Of a DNA stretch of 64,000 bases, positions 50,279-59,838 are shown one piece after another. The stretch is from positions 145 through 64,144 of the forward strand of contig JACPPD010000012.1 of the NCBI GenBank assembly GCA_016191145.1. Reading direction: 5' to 3'. Numbering within the stretch: position 1 is the stretch's first letter; each line of letters opens with the position of its first letter. A program made the position numbers and the translations under genes. The notes under the pieces were generated by a model. That model ran no database searches and was not told the DNA's origin. It was given only the letters and a program-made list of their open reading frames with translations. The stretch is from Ignavibacteria bacterium. Its GTDB lineage: Bacteria; Bacteroidota; Ignavibacteria; Kapaibacteriales; Kapaibacteriaceae.

Positions 50279-51229
50279 ATGAAAGTTCGGAATACATTTC
50301 TCCACACATCGTTGATTCTTGCGTTGACAATTGCCATCGTAGCATGCAACGAGAATACAACCACTCCGGCAGAACCTCAGGCGCCCCAACCGCCGACTGG
50401 GCTTGCCGCAACATCAATAGATTCAGTAACCGTTGGGCTAAAGTGGACCGCTCCTGCAACGGGTGTTACCCCTACAGGATATGAGATTTCGTACAAGGTT
50501 GAAGGCACATCGGAAGTTTTTACCACCCAAGTTTCGGGTTCAACACTTTCCACGCTGATTTCCAGCCTTGTTGAAAATACCGTGTATGAGTTTACAGTAA
50601 AAGCTAAAAACGATACAGCTCGGTCGGCAGCTACGTTGCCTTTAAAGTGGGCGCCTGCAAAGAGGTATTCAAGCAGCATCATCCTGTATGAACATAAGAG
50701 TTCATTTGGATCAGGTCTTAACCTTCCGGCATTTGGTGGACTGACGGTTGACAATGGTGATCTGTGGGATCTGGCCTTCGATGTAGATACGAGTGGTACG
50801 AAATTTTACATCGGCTCACCTGGATCGTCATCTTACACCGACGATAATGGAGTGTTTGTCGTTGGCGGCGACGTAGCGCGAACAACACTAATCGGTTTAG
50901 TGTGGACTAACGTGCCGAGTCTTAACGATGTTTACGAATCTGTAGACCTTGCAAGTTCTGCTACGCTTGAAGAAGTCATGGTGGACTTTACAGCCGACGA
51001 TGCGGCCCGCAGACAGATAGCATTTGTGGTTAAGACGGAAAGCGGAAACTTTGCTAAGGTAATGATTAAAAAGAATGTCGATGGTAGGCTAATAAGAGGT
51101 TCGGCTCCGGATAGATACATCGAAGTCGAAGTATCATACCAGGAAGCAGCAAATATTCCCTATGCTAGTGTGGAAAACAGAGGACCATTCCCCCGATCTA
51201 AGAACATCCGTTACAGCACAGCGCAGTAA
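50279..51229 (+). CDS. Lipoprotein with fibronectin type III domain and uncharacterised C-terminal beta domain
   Basis: Lipobox AIVAC. The segment PPTGLAATSIDSVTVGLKWTAP...YEISY...YEFTVKA is FN3-like. The C-terminal half (DLWDLAFD) is faintly HmuY-like, which is unverified. Confidence 0.55.
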   Translation: MKVRNTFLHTSLILALTIAIVACNENTTTPAEPQAPQPPTGLAATSIDSVTVGLKWTAPATGVTPTGYEISYKVEGTSEVFTTQVSGSTLSTLISSLVENTVYEFTVKAKNDTARSAATLPLKWAPAKRYSSSIILYEHKSSFGSGLNLPAFGGLTVDNGDLWDLAFDVDTSGTKFYIGSPGSSSYTDDNGVFVVGGDVARTTLIGLVWTNVPSLNDVYESVDLASSATLEEVMVDFTADDAARRQIAFVVKTESGNFAKVMIKKNVDGRLIRGSAPDRYIEVEVSYQEAANIPYASVENRGPFPRSKNIRYSTAQ

Positions 51230-51254
51230 ATGCGGGATATAATGCTGTCTAAAT

Positions 51255-51294
51255 GAGCAGATCCAGGTACTACCTGGGTCTGCTCAATTTTTTT
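51255..51294 (+). terminator. Strong intrinsic terminator after the FN3 lipoprotein gene
   Basis: GAGCAGATCCAGGT-ACT-ACCTGGGTCTGCTC (14-bp stem, one G-U) is followed by AATTTTTTT. The 3' arm overlaps the last codons of the convergent gene. Confidence 0.7.
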
Positions 51295-51617
51295 ACTTTC
51301 TTAGAGCCTGATGTGTCTCTCACAATTTCCTGTGTACTTACAGCAGGTTGCTCATCAATACGGACAGATTTTTCCTGCGTTGTTACTGACTTTATTTCCT
51401 GACGTTTTACATCCGTGCCCGAAGCATCCTTTTCATGCTTCATCTCCTCGTGTTTATTATCTTTCATTGAATCCTTCTTCATTGTATCAGTAGCCATTTG
51501 CATATTCTCATGATTTGATGGCATCGCTTCATCCATAGGTTTCGGTTCTTCCTTAGGCGAACACGATATAATAGACACGGCTACTGCTGTTGCAATGCTT
51601 GTACGGATATATTTCAT
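51270..51617 (-). CDS. Small Met/His/Lys/Glu-rich lipoprotein, probably disordered
   Basis: Lipobox VSIISC, AAGGAG 8 nt upstream of the ATG, and a low-complexity mature part (MDEAMPSNHENMQMATDTMKKDSMKDNKHEEMKH). Confidence 0.5.
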   Translation of the reverse strand: MKYIRTSIATAVAVSIISCSPKEEPKPMDEAMPSNHENMQMATDTMKKDSMKDNKHEEMKHEKDASGTDVKRQEIKSVTTQEKSVRIDEQPAVSTQEIVRDTSGSKKVKKLSRPR

Positions 51618-51680
51618 GCGAGAGCTCCTTTACTCAGTTCATTGATGGATGAATGATTGATTATCGTCCGTGGAAAAGAT

Positions 51681-53108
51681 TTACAACTTACGTTTTAGTC
51701 GGGCTGCAAAAGCACCGTCGGATTTGTGTTTGTACGGATACGTCTGCATGAAACCTTTCGAACAGACCTCAGACGGTAGGACTTGATCTGCAGGTTCCAG
51801 TTCGAAATTCGCATGAGATGATAAAAATTTCAATACAACATCTTCATTCTCTTCCGGCTCAATGGTGCATGTACTGTAAACAATGCGTCCTCCGGGTTTA
51901 ACAACCGTTGCAGCGTGGTTAAGAATATCGTATTGCAGGACGGACATTTTTCTCACATCATCAAGCGACCGGCGCCACTTTATATCGGGCTTCTTTGTGA
52001 GCGTGCCCAACCCTGTGCATGGTGCGTCAACCATTACTATGTCTGCCAGTTCATCGGGTGTGTATTCTCGGGCGTCGCCCTGAGTGGGTTCAATAATTGT
52101 TATACCTGACCTACGAGCGTTTTCATCTATGAATCTCAGCTTCGATTCATACACTTCCAGCGCCACAATCCTGCCTGTGTTCTTCATAAGTTCAGCAGCG
52201 TGTACTGCTTTGCCTCCTGGAGCGGAGCACAGATCGTAAACAAGCATTCCGGGTTTGGGATCGGCAAGTAGTACAGACAGTGTTGCGCTTGCGTCTTGTA
52301 CCGACACTTTGCCTTCTGCGAAAATTGGAAGTGATCTTACGTCGCGCAGCGAGGTGATTAGAATGCTGCCGGGATGAATAGTCGACACTTCAAATCTGAT
52401 TTCTGCATTGTTCAGTGCCTGACTGACTTCTTCGATTGACGAGCGATAACTGTTAATTCGGAGAGTAATAGACGGTCGAACATTATTCGCGTTCAGCAGG
52501 TGCTCAGCTTCCTCGCCTCCATAGCGCATCACGTAGCGCCTCACCATCCACTGTGGATGAGCGGAGTGTACAGAAAGGTGGAGCACTTCGTTTTCTTCTC
52601 GCAACGGATATCTGATGTTGCTGATGTTGCGTAGGATATTCCGCAGCACACCATTTACGATTCCTGCATGCCTATCGCCCTTAATTTTCTTAACAAGCTC
52701 CACTGATTCGTTAATAGCGGCAGGCGGTGGGATCTTGGATAGAAAAAGCATCTGGTACAAGGCAATACGCATTGAATTTTTAACGATGGGCATACACTTT
52801 GTGAATTCACCATGATAGAACCCGGTAAGAATCCAGTCGATTCTCGAAAGCCACCGAACCACTCCATTTACAAGCTCAGTTACTAGTGCCCGATCGGGCG
52901 GTAGCATATCCGTACGCCGTAACTCAGCATCGATAAGCTTGTCTATGAACGAATCGCTATTCTCGTACCGGGAAAGTAATTTTACAGCAATCCAGCGGGC
53001 CGATTCAAACAACGATGAATCGGCTGAAAGAGATGTTGGAATGGAAAGGGGCTCGGTAGCTGAATTCAAAGGTGCTTGATCTTGACGCATAGAACGCAAG
53101 TATACCAA
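51681..53108 (-). CDS. rsmB: 16S rRNA (cytosine967-C5)-methyltransferase
   Basis: An N-terminal NusB-like domain, the SAM site DLCSAPGGK, DAPCTGLGT, and YSTCT. Confidence 0.9.
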   Translation of the reverse strand: MVYLRSMRQDQAPLNSATEPLSIPTSLSADSSLFESARWIAVKLLSRYENSDSFIDKLIDAELRRTDMLPPDRALVTELVNGVVRWLSRIDWILTGFYHGEFTKCMPIVKNSMRIALYQMLFLSKIPPPAAINESVELVKKIKGDRHAGIVNGVLRNILRNISNIRYPLREENEVLHLSVHSAHPQWMVRRYVMRYGGEEAEHLLNANNVRPSITLRINSYRSSIEEVSQALNNAEIRFEVSTIHPGSILITSLRDVRSLPIFAEGKVSVQDASATLSVLLADPKPGMLVYDLCSAPGGKAVHAAELMKNTGRIVALEVYESKLRFIDENARRSGITIIEPTQGDAREYTPDELADIVMVDAPCTGLGTLTKKPDIKWRRSLDDVRKMSVLQYDILNHAATVVKPGGRIVYSTCTIEPEENEDVVLKFLSSHANFELEPADQVLPSEVCSKGFMQTYPYKHKSDGAFAARLKRKL

Positions 53109-53125
53109 AACATGAAAGCTTGCTA

Positions 53126-54001
53126 ATGCTGATCTCCTGTTTTAGATTGACGTTCTGCCATCACCGTACTATTCCAAAATTGTACCACTGCACGTTAGCA
53201 TATTCCCGTCTCATCGTCCTTTGTTGTGCGGTTTTCAGCAGCATGTACCACGTATATGCCCAGGAAAATGTTCTCGAATCCGATCCCCTGCGCGCCAGAA
53301 AGCTCTTAGTGTACGACCAGATAGGTGTGTATGCAGGACCTTCATTCAATGGTCAGGGGGGGAAAATCGTTACCGACTGTCTTTGTGAGTTTACTGGCGG
53401 AGCTCAAACCGGGTACGCTTTTGGCGCTCTGTTTGAACGGCTCACCAGGTCGCGGCTCATTTGGGGTTTTGCGCTCGGATTTGAAGATAAAGGCGTCGAA
53501 GGGCGGTTCACCGAAATTGAAGGTGTAGTTCAGCAGTCTCCCAGCACTGGAGCACGGTACACCGTGCCCATCACATTCAATAATTCTGCTGTGGCATCCA
53601 TTGGGTACGTTACAGCCATGCCATATTTAAAGTATGATTTCTTCAAGATATTATTTGTCCGGGCTGGTGTGCCCCTTTCCTACATTGTGAGTTCAAACTT
53701 GAAGTATACTAAGTCTCTGGTCAGCGACAGCGTTACTTTTCCCAACGGTGAAGTGGCAACAGCATCAATTCCTGGCACAACAAATGGCTCCATAGTGCTC
53801 CAGGATGGCCCCCTAAAGAATATAAAATCTTTTCAGGCAGGCATCTCTCTGGCTGCCGGACTTGAAGTAGGCCTCAGCCGCACCCTGTATTTGAGTCCTG
53901 TAATACAATACATACAACCACTGACAAATGTGAACTCCACGGGTGGGGGTTTTTCAGTGCGATCACTTCAAATATTCTTGGAATGCCGACTAATTATTTA
54001 G
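53126..54001 (+). CDS. Small outer-membrane beta-barrel protein (PorT/OMP_b-brl-like?)
   Basis: It has a signal-like LIVLCCAVFSSMYHVYAQ followed by about 245 aa of alternating beta pattern. The family assignment is tentative. Confidence 0.45.
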   Translation: MLISCFRLTFCHHRTIPKLYHCTLAYSRLIVLCCAVFSSMYHVYAQENVLESDPLRARKLLVYDQIGVYAGPSFNGQGGKIVTDCLCEFTGGAQTGYAFGALFERLTRSRLIWGFALGFEDKGVEGRFTEIEGVVQQSPSTGARYTVPITFNNSAVASIGYVTAMPYLKYDFFKILFVRAGVPLSYIVSSNLKYTKSLVSDSVTFPNGEVATASIPGTTNGSIVLQDGPLKNIKSFQAGISLAAGLEVGLSRTLYLSPVIQYIQPLTNVNSTGGGFSVRSLQIFLECRLII

Positions 54002-54104
54002 AATCTACTTTGGGGGTTTTCCACAAATGCCTATTTTTTCAGTTCGTAGCAGAATGCGCGAATCGAATTTATACCTCTGGTGTGATTATCAGCCACGACA
54101 TCAT

Positions 54105-56783
54105 ATGAACGGGATGTGTATGGTTTTTCGAGTAGCTTTACTTTGTTTGGGGCTATTTACAATGTTGAATTCTGCATCGGCTAAACGCCCAGCCGAGGAA
54201 CTCAACTTATTTAGCGTTACGATCGATCCCGTGGCAGCAGTGGATGATCCAACCGCAATCGGAGTCCTTGACAACCCGGCGAGAATACGAATTCTCAACC
54301 TTGGTCCAGCAGTCAACCATGGTGGTTTGGATTACGGTCCAACCGTCAGCGCCGATGGTAAAACACTTTACTTTGTGTCGAACCGCAAAGGAAGCAGGAT
54401 TACACGCGAGGGTGACTTTTCTCACGACTTTTGGGCCGTGAGGAAGGAACACAATCTTGATACTGTGTTCTCGACACCATATAACATCGACACCGTCGAC
54501 GCTGGTGTGAATACTATTTGGAACGAAGGTGTTGCTTCGATTGCTGCCGACAGACAGACGCTGTACTTTACTGGATGCAATCGAGAAGATGGTTTGGGAG
54601 ATTGCGATATATACGTGGCCAACATTGAAGGTGACCACTGGAGTACTCCAAGCAACTTGGGAAGAAGTGTGAATTCTGAGTACTGGGATTCGCAGCCGAC
54701 GATTTCTCCCGGAAAAGACAGACTGTATTTTACATCTAATCGACCATCTCCTACAAATCCTAGCGGCGAGGGTCAGGATGATACCGACATCTGGTACTCT
54801 GATTGGGATGATGAGCTTCAGGAATGGAAGCCGGCTATTAATCTAGGTCCCGACGTAAATACCGACGGTACAGAGGTTTCTCCTTTCATTGCGGCCGACG
54901 GCAACACGCTGTTCTTTGCTTCCAACAAGCACAAGCCAAATCTTGGAGGACTGGATTTTTACAAGGTTGTACGTTCAGGCGAGAAGGATAGGGCGGGACG
55001 CGACCGATGGACGAAGGTTGAAGCCCTGCCCGCTCCCATCAACACATCCGAGGATGAACAGTTCATTACTCTGCCAGCTTCTGGCGATGTGTTGTATTTC
55101 TCTTCGCGTAGGCGGGATCTTACTGGATGGCAGGGTGAGTTGGATATCTTCATGGCCTTCATTCCATCCTATTTCCGTGCCGTGAACATTATTGTTAATG
55201 TTATTGACGAATGCACAGGTCTTGGCATCCCAGCTACTCTTACCTATAAGAATCCTAAAACTGGTAAGGCAACAAAGGACAACGTTGATACTACGCATCG
55301 CGAATCGAACATCATTGTTACCGACGACGATTACGGTCAGAAAGCAATCCGGGAAGATTCCGTGGTTTATACCGTTACGGCCTATTCGCCGGCATACGGA
55401 GAACGCAGTATAACAATTCCGGTTAAGGATCCGGGTAAAACACTCGATCAAACGGAAGCTGATTCGCACCTTGAAATCCGCAAAACCATCATGCTTGGTC
55501 AGCGCCCGATTCTCGGAGCTGAAATGGCATTCTCCGATTGGTCGAAAAAGAAGAACGACGGGTTCAGAGGACTTGTCCTGGAAGAGCGAGCAAGCATCAC
55601 CCTTTATCCATTGCTTCCATACATCTTTTTTGATCTCGGAAATTCCCAGTTTCCAAGCCGATACACCATCTTCAGAAGTGCGGGCCAAACAGCCGGTTTC
55701 AACGACGAAAGGGTTCCGGGAGGCACGCTTCAGAAGTACTATCACGTTTTAAATATTTATGGCTACAGACTCACCAAGCATCCCGATGTGAAAGTTGAAT
55801 TAGTTGGCTGCGTAGACGAGCTCAATGAAGACAAGAATTCGTCCCTGCCTAAAGACAGAGCTCAACTTGTTTACAATTATCTGCGCGATATCTGGAAGAT
55901 CGATGAGAGCCGAATGAAGATTACTGCACGGGGCTATCCAGAAGTAAAGTCCAATCCTAAAGATTCCCTCGGTATGGTTGAAAACCGCAGAACAGAATTG
56001 CGGTTTACAGGAAGTGATGAAGATGTTTGGCAGGTTTCCCGACCCATCCTTGACAACGACCCAACAACGTTCCCGTCACCTATGGAAATGACGTGGACTA
56101 TGAAAAACGGCATCGACAGTACAATCGTTGCAAGCCGTCGGGTTGAAATCTGGCGTCAGGGAAAGCATTGGAAAACACTTACCGATGTTGGTTTATCGCA
56201 GCCATCGACTGTGTGGGATTGGCATAACGACGACAACGAGCACCCCTCTGATCGCCAGAACACAGATGCAGAAGAATATTTGGTTTCACCTTACGCTGCA
56301 CAGCTGATTGTTGTCTCAAAGAATGGGACTGAATGTCGGTCAGACACCGTAAAAGTTCCTGTAAAACGCGTTGCTACGAGGAAGCTCGTAACAACTGCCA
56401 GCGAAGCGCTCGGCAAGACGCTTGAGAAGTACAATCTGATCTTGTTCCCATTCGACCGTTCAGATGCCGGACCAATGAATGAGAGAATTCTCCGCGAATA
56501 CGTCTACCCAAGAGCCAAGGCAAGCTCAGATATTAAAGTGGACGGCAAGACCGACGTAGTTGGTATGGACACACATAACAAGGGCCTTTCTGAGCGCCGC
56601 GCAAAAACGGTATACTCAGGAATTAATTCTACCACAGGCGGTAAGTACAATTCCCTTGATTCACGCGGGACAGGAGAAGAAGAACCGTTGTTCACCAACG
56701 ACCTTCCCGAAGGAAGGTTCTTCAATAGAACGGTGCAGGTCATTATTGAAACTCCACTTCAGGATGCAGATCTTGGCGATTGA
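54105..56783 (+). CDS. PD40 beta-propeller / carboxypeptidase-regulatory-like / double OmpA_C protein (PorE-like)
   Basis: It has five PD40 repeats: SADGKTLYFVSNR, AADRQTLYFTGCNR, SPGKDRLYFTSNR, AADGNTLFFASNK and ASGDVLYFSSRR. A CRD-like segment NIIVNVIDECTGLGIPATL follows. There are two OmpA_C modules (DRAQLVYNYL...ENRRTELRF; LSERRAKTVY...NRTVQVIIE). Start at MNGMCMVF. Confidence 0.8.
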   Translation: MNGMCMVFRVALLCLGLFTMLNSASAKRPAEELNLFSVTIDPVAAVDDPTAIGVLDNPARIRILNLGPAVNHGGLDYGPTVSADGKTLYFVSNRKGSRITREGDFSHDFWAVRKEHNLDTVFSTPYNIDTVDAGVNTIWNEGVASIAADRQTLYFTGCNREDGLGDCDIYVANIEGDHWSTPSNLGRSVNSEYWDSQPTISPGKDRLYFTSNRPSPTNPSGEGQDDTDIWYSDWDDELQEWKPAINLGPDVNTDGTEVSPFIAADGNTLFFASNKHKPNLGGLDFYKVVRSGEKDRAGRDRWTKVEALPAPINTSEDEQFITLPASGDVLYFSSRRRDLTGWQGELDIFMAFIPSYFRAVNIIVNVIDECTGLGIPATLTYKNPKTGKATKDNVDTTHRESNIIVTDDDYGQKAIREDSVVYTVTAYSPAYGERSITIPVKDPGKTLDQTEADSHLEIRKTIMLGQRPILGAEMAFSDWSKKKNDGFRGLVLEERASITLYPLLPYIFFDLGNSQFPSRYTIFRSAGQTAGFNDERVPGGTLQKYYHVLNIYGYRLTKHPDVKVELVGCVDELNEDKNSSLPKDRAQLVYNYLRDIWKIDESRMKITARGYPEVKSNPKDSLGMVENRRTELRFTGSDEDVWQVSRPILDNDPTTFPSPMEMTWTMKNGIDSTIVASRRVEIWRQGKHWKTLTDVGLSQPSTVWDWHNDDNEHPSDRQNTDAEEYLVSPYAAQLIVVSKNGTECRSDTVKVPVKRVATRKLVTTASEALGKTLEKYNLILFPFDRSDAGPMNERILREYVYPRAKASSDIKVDGKTDVVGMDTHNKGLSERRAKTVYSGINSTTGGKYNSLDSRGTGEEEPLFTNDLPEGRFFNRTVQVIIETPLQDADLGD

Positions 56784-56795
56784 TCGTCTTCGTTC

Positions 56796-57584
56796 ATGAT
56801 TGAGTGGAATGTTGACCCCATAATATTCACCGTTGGGCCACTGCAGCCCCGTTGGTACGGGTTGCTGTTTGCCTTGGCGTTTGTTGTAAGCTACCAGATA
56901 ATGCGCCGGTTGTTTCTCGACGACAAGCGTAGCATGAAAGATTTGGAAGCTCTTGCGATTACCATGATCGTAAGCACGGTTCTTGGCGCCCGCCTGGGAC
57001 ACGTAATCTTTTATGAGCCGAACATTTTTTTCCAGGACCCACTCGAAGTGCTGGCTGTTTGGCATGGCGGGCTGGCTAGCCATGGTGGTACAATTGGAAT
57101 TATCATCGGCCTGTGGTGGTTTCAACGAAAACGCAAGTCGTATTCAATGATCTGGCTGCTCGATAGGCTGGCAATAGTTTCCGCCATTTCGGGTATGTTC
57201 ATTCGGATTGGAAATTTATTTAATTCCGAGATCATTGGAATGACGACTGATGTGCCTTGGGCCTTCTGGTTTAAACGTGTCGATACCTTACCAGTTGCCC
57301 GGCATCCAGCACAGATCTATGAGGCTCTTCTCTGCCTCGGTGTGTTCATTCTGCTATGGATCTTATATAAAAAACGAATCGCCTTTTCCAAGCCCGGGGT
57401 TCTTATCGGCGTGTTTTTTGTCGTCATCTTTACTGGGCGGTTCATCATTGAATTCTTTAAAGAGCGGCAGGAAGCATTCGAAGCTGCTCTTCCAATAGAT
57501 ATGGGTCAGATACTTAGCATTCCATTTATCGTAATTGGAGTGTGGATGCTCACCAAAACTTTAACACAGAGAACTAACTCGTAA
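56796..57584 (+). CDS. lgt: Prolipoprotein diacylglyceryl transferase
   Basis: RWYGLLFALAF, VWHGGLASHGG and GRFIIEFFKE patterns; 262 aa, multi-pass. Confidence 0.92.
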   Translation: MIEWNVDPIIFTVGPLQPRWYGLLFALAFVVSYQIMRRLFLDDKRSMKDLEALAITMIVSTVLGARLGHVIFYEPNIFFQDPLEVLAVWHGGLASHGGTIGIIIGLWWFQRKRKSYSMIWLLDRLAIVSAISGMFIRIGNLFNSEIIGMTTDVPWAFWFKRVDTLPVARHPAQIYEALLCLGVFILLWILYKKRIAFSKPGVLIGVFFVVIFTGRFIIEFFKERQEAFEAALPIDMGQILSIPFIVIGVWMLTKTLTQRTNS

Positions 57585-58362
57585 CAGAAAACGATGTAAC
57601 GATTTTCTGTGCATCCTTCCTGGTTTTTTCCGATGTAAGCGCAGAATTGTAATCAGTAGTTGCTTCGTACCAATATTCACCCTTCTGAATAATTTTTATA
57701 AAAGTTTCTCCCTGTGTGTCCCTGTTACGGAATGTTAGCAGGGCCGTGCCCGATGGTTCATCGTATGATACATCGGGATACTCAGGCGCCTCGCCAGCCT
57801 GAACAAGGATGTTGGCAACGAATTCAACAACACATTTAACGTTCTTACAATTTGGGAATGCCGACGTTGGAGTGCGCGATATTTTCACCGTAGCCCCTCC
57901 GGCCGAGTTAAGCTCAACAATGTTTCGCTGCATGTCTACATAGCCCCCTTCATCAAATTTGATCGACCACTGACCGGGGTCGGACGAGGCAAGAACAAAG
58001 CCAGCCTTTTTATCAATCAAGTTATTACCCAGAAAACGTTCTGGCGTAATCGGCGTTGAATTCTTCAATTCGATTTGCCGTATCAAACTGTCTGCAATTT
58101 TTCCCGTAGTATATGGAATCTGATCCCCACCTGTTTTAAGAATTGCATTCTGAGTGTGAACCTGCTCGATTAATGGCCTGTCTATTTTCACAGTGAACCC
58201 ATCCTTACCAACAGTAAGCTCACCCTTCCCTACCTTGGAAAAAAACAACAACACAACAATGAGAATAATTGTCCCGCCAACGCCAAGCAAAGCGAAGTAC
58301 CGTTTTGTTTTTTCGCGCTCGGCATAGGAAGAAGCATTTTTCTCGTTTACGTTAACGCTCAT
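57574..58362 (-). CDS. Hypothetical N-terminally membrane-anchored protein
   Basis: 262 aa with GGAGG upstream and a single TM (FALLGVGGTIILIVVLLFF). No recognised motif. Confidence 0.5.
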   Translation of the reverse strand: MSVNVNEKNASSYAEREKTKRYFALLGVGGTIILIVVLLFFSKVGKGELTVGKDGFTVKIDRPLIEQVHTQNAILKTGGDQIPYTTGKIADSLIRQIELKNSTPITPERFLGNNLIDKKAGFVLASSDPGQWSIKFDEGGYVDMQRNIVELNSAGGATVKISRTPTSAFPNCKNVKCVVEFVANILVQAGEAPEYPDVSYDEPSGTALLTFRNRDTQGETFIKIIQKGEYWYEATTDYNSALTSEKTRKDAQKIVTSFSVTS

Positions 58363-58458
58363 TAATCCTCCGGCGATCGTTTACTACCACAGTGCCTGTA
58401 AATTATGTGATTCGTAGTTTTACCGATACTAATCATCTAGAAAAATCCGGAGGGACAA

Positions 58459-59835
58459 ATGCACCAAGTGGTTGCAGTAACACTTTTTCTTGTAGGGGGC
58501 TTGCAGATTGTGGCACAAAACACATGGGTACAGGATGGTCCCTTCAGGCGTTATAGCGGTGATTTCGAAATCACGTCGATCTACCTGGGCTCTAGTGAAG
58601 CCGAAGGTTATCCAATTGTAGAACAGCCTGCTTCCATAACTCAGGTAGACCTGCTCACAGGTGCTGCAACACGCCATAGCAAGCCCCAGGAGGGCTCGTG
58701 GAAATTCTTGCCGCGCGTGCCTACAGTTATGGTTAGCGCCGAAACATCGGAAAATCAGACCACAATCAAGTTTAACGATGTATGGCTGGGATCTATCACG
58801 CGCCAAATCCAGGTTGCCGAATCAACTGCCGGTATAGAAATCGATGTAACGGATACATGGATTGCACCAGACCAAACAGTTGGTGCTGTTGTGTTTGCAC
58901 CAACACCAGCAACACCGCCTGAGGATTCAAGCTACCTCATTGTAGTGTTCAAGGATGATAAGGTAACAATGGCACTGCGCGTTAAAGCAAAAAATGATAT
59001 CGATATTTATGTTCGGCCAGATCTCGAAAGTGGTGTGCTGGTTTACCTGCGTGGTAGTGAGCTGACGTTCCCTCCAAACACTGAAGAACAGTTCACCTAC
59101 GGCGGATATCTCCGTTACAACTCCGATGGGAGCCAATCACTAATGCCACTTCCAACACGAGGACCAGGAAGCGGTAAGGGACGGAAGATTATTTGGCATA
59201 GCAACAAAGCCGACCGATTGCTGATGACAGATGAAAACGCCTCCGGGGCTTTGTTGGTGAAGGCATCTAATGGAATTGTTGTAGATAGCATCATTGTGTC
59301 AAAGATGTTCCCCGGACAAAATATTAAAATTCTTTCCGCCAGTGGGAACAACCGGGAAACTTGGATGGCAACTCATGCACAGGTCGATAATAAGAGCGCT
59401 ATTATTCTCTGGTCCATGCCGCTGGTTGTCGAAGGGACAGCAGAATTTTTTAATCAGGGTGATGTGGCAACAAAACAGATGCCGTTGTCGCCTTGGGATA
59501 TTTTGATTCCATTCATTTCGTCGTCCACGTCGGGAAACGTTCTCTATTCATGGGACAGGCGCGACTTTGTTTCGGTAAGTGAACGCGCGTCTGTTGCCAA
59601 CAATGTAAGCCCCCTACCAGCATTTGACTTCATCAATGTTTCCGCATACGGTTTGGTAGGCACCATCAAGTATCAAATCTCTACAGCAACAGGTGATGTT
59701 ATTAAGCAGGGTGAAGCGCTTGCCTACGATGGGACATGCCGTATCGATGTAGCCGAGCTGCCTGCGGGAGTATATGCTGCTCTGCTGGAGACGAGCAGTA
59801 CCGTTAAGTTTGCTCGATTCATTGTATCGAGATAA
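58459..59835 (+). CDS. Hypothetical secreted protein with T9SS C-terminal sorting domain
   Basis: GGAGGG upstream and a signal peptide ending QIVAQN. The C-terminal IKYQISTATGDVIKQGE...LPAGVYAALLETSSTVKFARFIV is CTD-like. The body is unrecognised. Confidence 0.6.
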   Translation: MHQVVAVTLFLVGGLQIVAQNTWVQDGPFRRYSGDFEITSIYLGSSEAEGYPIVEQPASITQVDLLTGAATRHSKPQEGSWKFLPRVPTVMVSAETSENQTTIKFNDVWLGSITRQIQVAESTAGIEIDVTDTWIAPDQTVGAVVFAPTPATPPEDSSYLIVVFKDDKVTMALRVKAKNDIDIYVRPDLESGVLVYLRGSELTFPPNTEEQFTYGGYLRYNSDGSQSLMPLPTRGPGSGKGRKIIWHSNKADRLLMTDENASGALLVKASNGIVVDSIIVSKMFPGQNIKILSASGNNRETWMATHAQVDNKSAIILWSMPLVVEGTAEFFNQGDVATKQMPLSPWDILIPFISSSTSGNVLYSWDRRDFVSVSERASVANNVSPLPAFDFINVSAYGLVGTIKYQISTATGDVIKQGEALAYDGTCRIDVAELPAGVYAALLETSSTVKFARFIVSR

Positions 59836-59838
59836 TCC

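Noticed and set aside
54975-55745. 256-aa ORF antisense to the PD40/OmpA gene
   Set aside because: It is a shadow ORF inside a gene with clear repeated PD40 and OmpA motifs. It has no recognisable features of its own.
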